DNA of 64,000 nucleotides from Sarea resinae (Eukaryota): NCBI GenBank assembly GCA_026026165.1, contig JAPEUD010000052.1, positions 62,001 to 126,000 of the forward strand, read 5' to 3'. Shown piece by piece: positions 63,303 to 64,000 of this stretch (position 1 is its first letter; each line of letters starts with the position of its first letter). The notes under the pieces were generated by a model. It saw only the letters and a program-made list of their open reading frames with translations, ran no database searches and was not told where the DNA came from. The position numbers and the translations under genes were made by a program.

Positions 63303-63876
63303 AGCAGATCGAGAAGCTTTCGAGGGGTGACGAGGCCCGCACTGAATGTCCCCACAAGATGTCGATACCCTGATATAGGAAGTCGATATGATTCCTTGAC
63401 CTTCGTCATATGCGCATGTCATTGCAAGTAAGCGTAGTAGTTTTGTCTGAGGAATTTCCATGGATGTATTTAGCAATAGAGGTTCCTGTTCTGTCTGTTC
63501 TGTCTCCACCATGATCCGAGATGAGTCGAGTAAGGTAGCATCAATCATTCTAGCCCTAGACCGTCAGGTAAGGTACTCATAGTACGTGACGTCTTAAATC
63601 GTGACGGGCGACGGAACAAGTACTCCGAGTACTGTGCGGTACCTCAATAGCCTCGGGTGTGGGACAGCTGTTCAGTTACCGGGCTTAGTCATCGGGCGAG
63701 CGAATCGCCCCTTTGCGTTAGCGACCGAGCCCAAGTGCAGCCAATGGCGGGAGAGCAGCCCTTGACCTCCCCCAAGGAAGAACCTCATCTCTTTCTTTCC
63801 TCCGTCTCACGAACTCCATCTCATCCTCTACACCCTCTCCACTCCCATCATCCATCGCTCTTCAACATCCATCACC

Positions 63877-64000
63877 ATGTTCAAGAGGTATTGTATCCCT
63901 TCCATGAAGCTCAATTGATCATCTCTGAGCTCTCCGACGATGGTATTCTCGGGCTAATCAAGTTTTCGGTGCAGCGGACTCGCCCGAACTCTTCGGACCT
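63877..64000 (+). CDS. ATP2: 5' end of probable mitochondrial ATP synthase beta subunit (runs off the window)
   Basis: CACC-ATG TTC AAG AG|intron|C GGA CTC GCC CGA ACT gives MFKSGLART, the typical Pezizomycotina Atp2 presequence. CCAAT box near 63741. Only 12 codons are visible. Confidence 0.6.

Noticed and set aside
1..64000. tRNA, 5S rRNA, snoRNA genes and peroxisomal read-through (TGA CTA) signals
   Set aside because: No cloverleaf with A/B boxes, 5S sequence, convincing C/D box pair or read-through PTS1 was found by eye. A covariance-model scan would be needed to exclude them.
4284..64000. Functional cluster of mitochondrial genes (TOM5, NDUFA8, EMI1, YME2, CLPX, ATP2)
   Set aside because: They are interspersed with unrelated genes, and the density is plausible by chance in a core chromosomal region.

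Overview
Eukaryotic genomic DNA from a filamentous ascomycete (Pezizomycotina), judged from short GT-AG introns with CTRAC-type branch sites and RIP-like damage in duplicated DNA. About 20 conserved housekeeping genes are present: RAD57, IWS1, TOM5, NUP57, complex I NDUFA8, CENP-W, a Caprin/YAG7-like RGG protein, the KDM4/Rph1 demethylase, a copper amine oxidase, HSP70, GLT1 glutamate synthase, APC15, BET1, CHZ1, EMI1, YME2, an F-box protein, CLPX, glycogen branching enzyme and the start of ATP2. Two non-core features stand out. (1) An accessory island of about 7 kb (20.6-27.9 kb) holds an intact, intronless orphan ORF with ADP-ribosyltransferase (ART/Arr-like) motifs, two overlapping partial copies of a GIY-YIG nuclease gene, local duplications with RIP damage and a Helitron-like hairpin/CTRR end. 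(2) An inverted, partly RIP-mutated copy of a GLT1 coding segment lies just downstream of the APC15 stop codon. Dense mixed-microsatellite zones occur at several convergent 3' ends. All gene identities come from recognising motifs by eye; no database search was run, and exon boundaries are manual.
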